From: Lama glama
Lineage: Eukaryota
DNA: 64,000 nt
Direction: 5' to 3'
Assembly: GCA_028534125.1 (NCBI GenBank)
Contig: CM052817.1
Span: 12,836,001-12,900,000 of the forward strand
Shown one piece after another: positions 63,069 through 64,000 of this stretch. The notes beneath the pieces were generated by a model that searched no databases, was not told the origin of the DNA, and saw only the letters and a list, made by a program, of their open reading frames with translations. Numbering within the stretch: the first letter of the stretch is position 1; the number at the start of each line of letters is the position of its first letter. The position numbers and the translations under genes were made by a program.

Positions 63069-64000
63069 AAGCAGTTTATTTGGACACTATATTGAATTCA
63101 AATATGGTAAAACTCTGAAAACCCTTTGCATCAAATTCACACTAGGTTCAAGTCTGAAACCTCTTTCTCCACCAAAGCCCAGCTAAAAACTAAGTTGAAA
63201 TTGTATAGGCAACACCTCCTTGAATAAAAATATTTATTAACCAAAGTATCGCTTTCTTTCAAAATAAATCGCTTTATACTTTGACAGAAAAGAGATTGTA
63301 ATCGGATCTTTCCCAGTCTATCTTTGCTCTGGGATTTCAAAAGGCATCCTGCTATATTTCCAACTCAGGGTTAGAATTTAAGACTGTGAGATTCTGGGGG
63401 TTGTAAAATGATCGCTTTACCAATAAAAATGGTTTTGAGATAGGTTGACTGTTTTTCTAAACTGAACTTAAGTCAGAGGATAAACATTCCTGTTCAGTAT
63501 CTATTATTATTCTAAGTATTGCTATACTAAGAAATCATGGAGAAATCCTAAAAGAAAAAAAGGAAGAAAACCCAGCTGTGCCCATCTACCCTGGAGATAG
63601 GCATGAATGGTGTTAATGGAGTTAGCTATTTAACCAAGTAATTGAGTGTTTTTTCTAGCCTTGATTGACTCACAAGCAGTAAAATGAAATTTGGCAAATA
63701 CCTCATTACCCTTGTGCTAGAGCTCCATGGAGAGCTACTATGGGATTCTGACCTGGCAGTGGTTGGACACTTTCTCAGAAAGCCAGGAGCAGTTCTGTCC
63801 TCGTAATGAAGCCAGGGGCTGAGTGATTTCTCATTGCAGAAGAAGATTATTAACAGAGAAACAGGAGCAGTGAGAGATCTGTCCAGAGAGAGGTCCATGA
63901 AAAGAAGAGTAGCTTCTCCAGGTTCCATGCATAATCTACTTGACATCATGTGACCAAAAATGGCTCACCTTACTCTCCATTACAAGACGCTCACCTGCAG

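Noticed and set aside
63626..63949. 107-aa minus-strand ORF
   Set aside because: No recognisable domain; length is within chance expectation
1..64000. CRISPR arrays, operons or prokaryote-type defence systems
   Set aside because: The sequence is mammalian; no repeat-spacer arrays or dense coding regions are present

Overview
Mammalian, AT-rich, CpG-depleted, repeat-dense non-coding DNA (intergenic, or a large intron). A tRNA-derived SINE resembling the camelid Vic-1 family suggests a camel or llama-type genome; this is an inference from recalled consensus, not a database hit. I recognise no protein-coding gene, structural RNA gene or processed pseudogene. The only ORFs I can assign are decayed L1 ORF2 and L2 reverse-transcriptase remnants. 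Much of the window is ancient repeats: L1, L2, MIR, MaLR/ERVL LTRs, and hAT-Charlie, hAT-Blackjack and Tigger MITEs. Subfamily names and boundaries were assigned by eye and are approximate. A 500-N gap (57483-57982) is flanked by an exact 199-bp duplication that is most likely an assembly artefact. I found no convincing new biological system. The best leads are two 5'-inverted L1 insertions, an MLT1D LTR flanked by a ~60-bp duplication, a CpG-rich L2 fragment ending in a splice donor, several exon-like segments that might form an unannotated spliced transcript, and repeat-free enhancer-like blocks.
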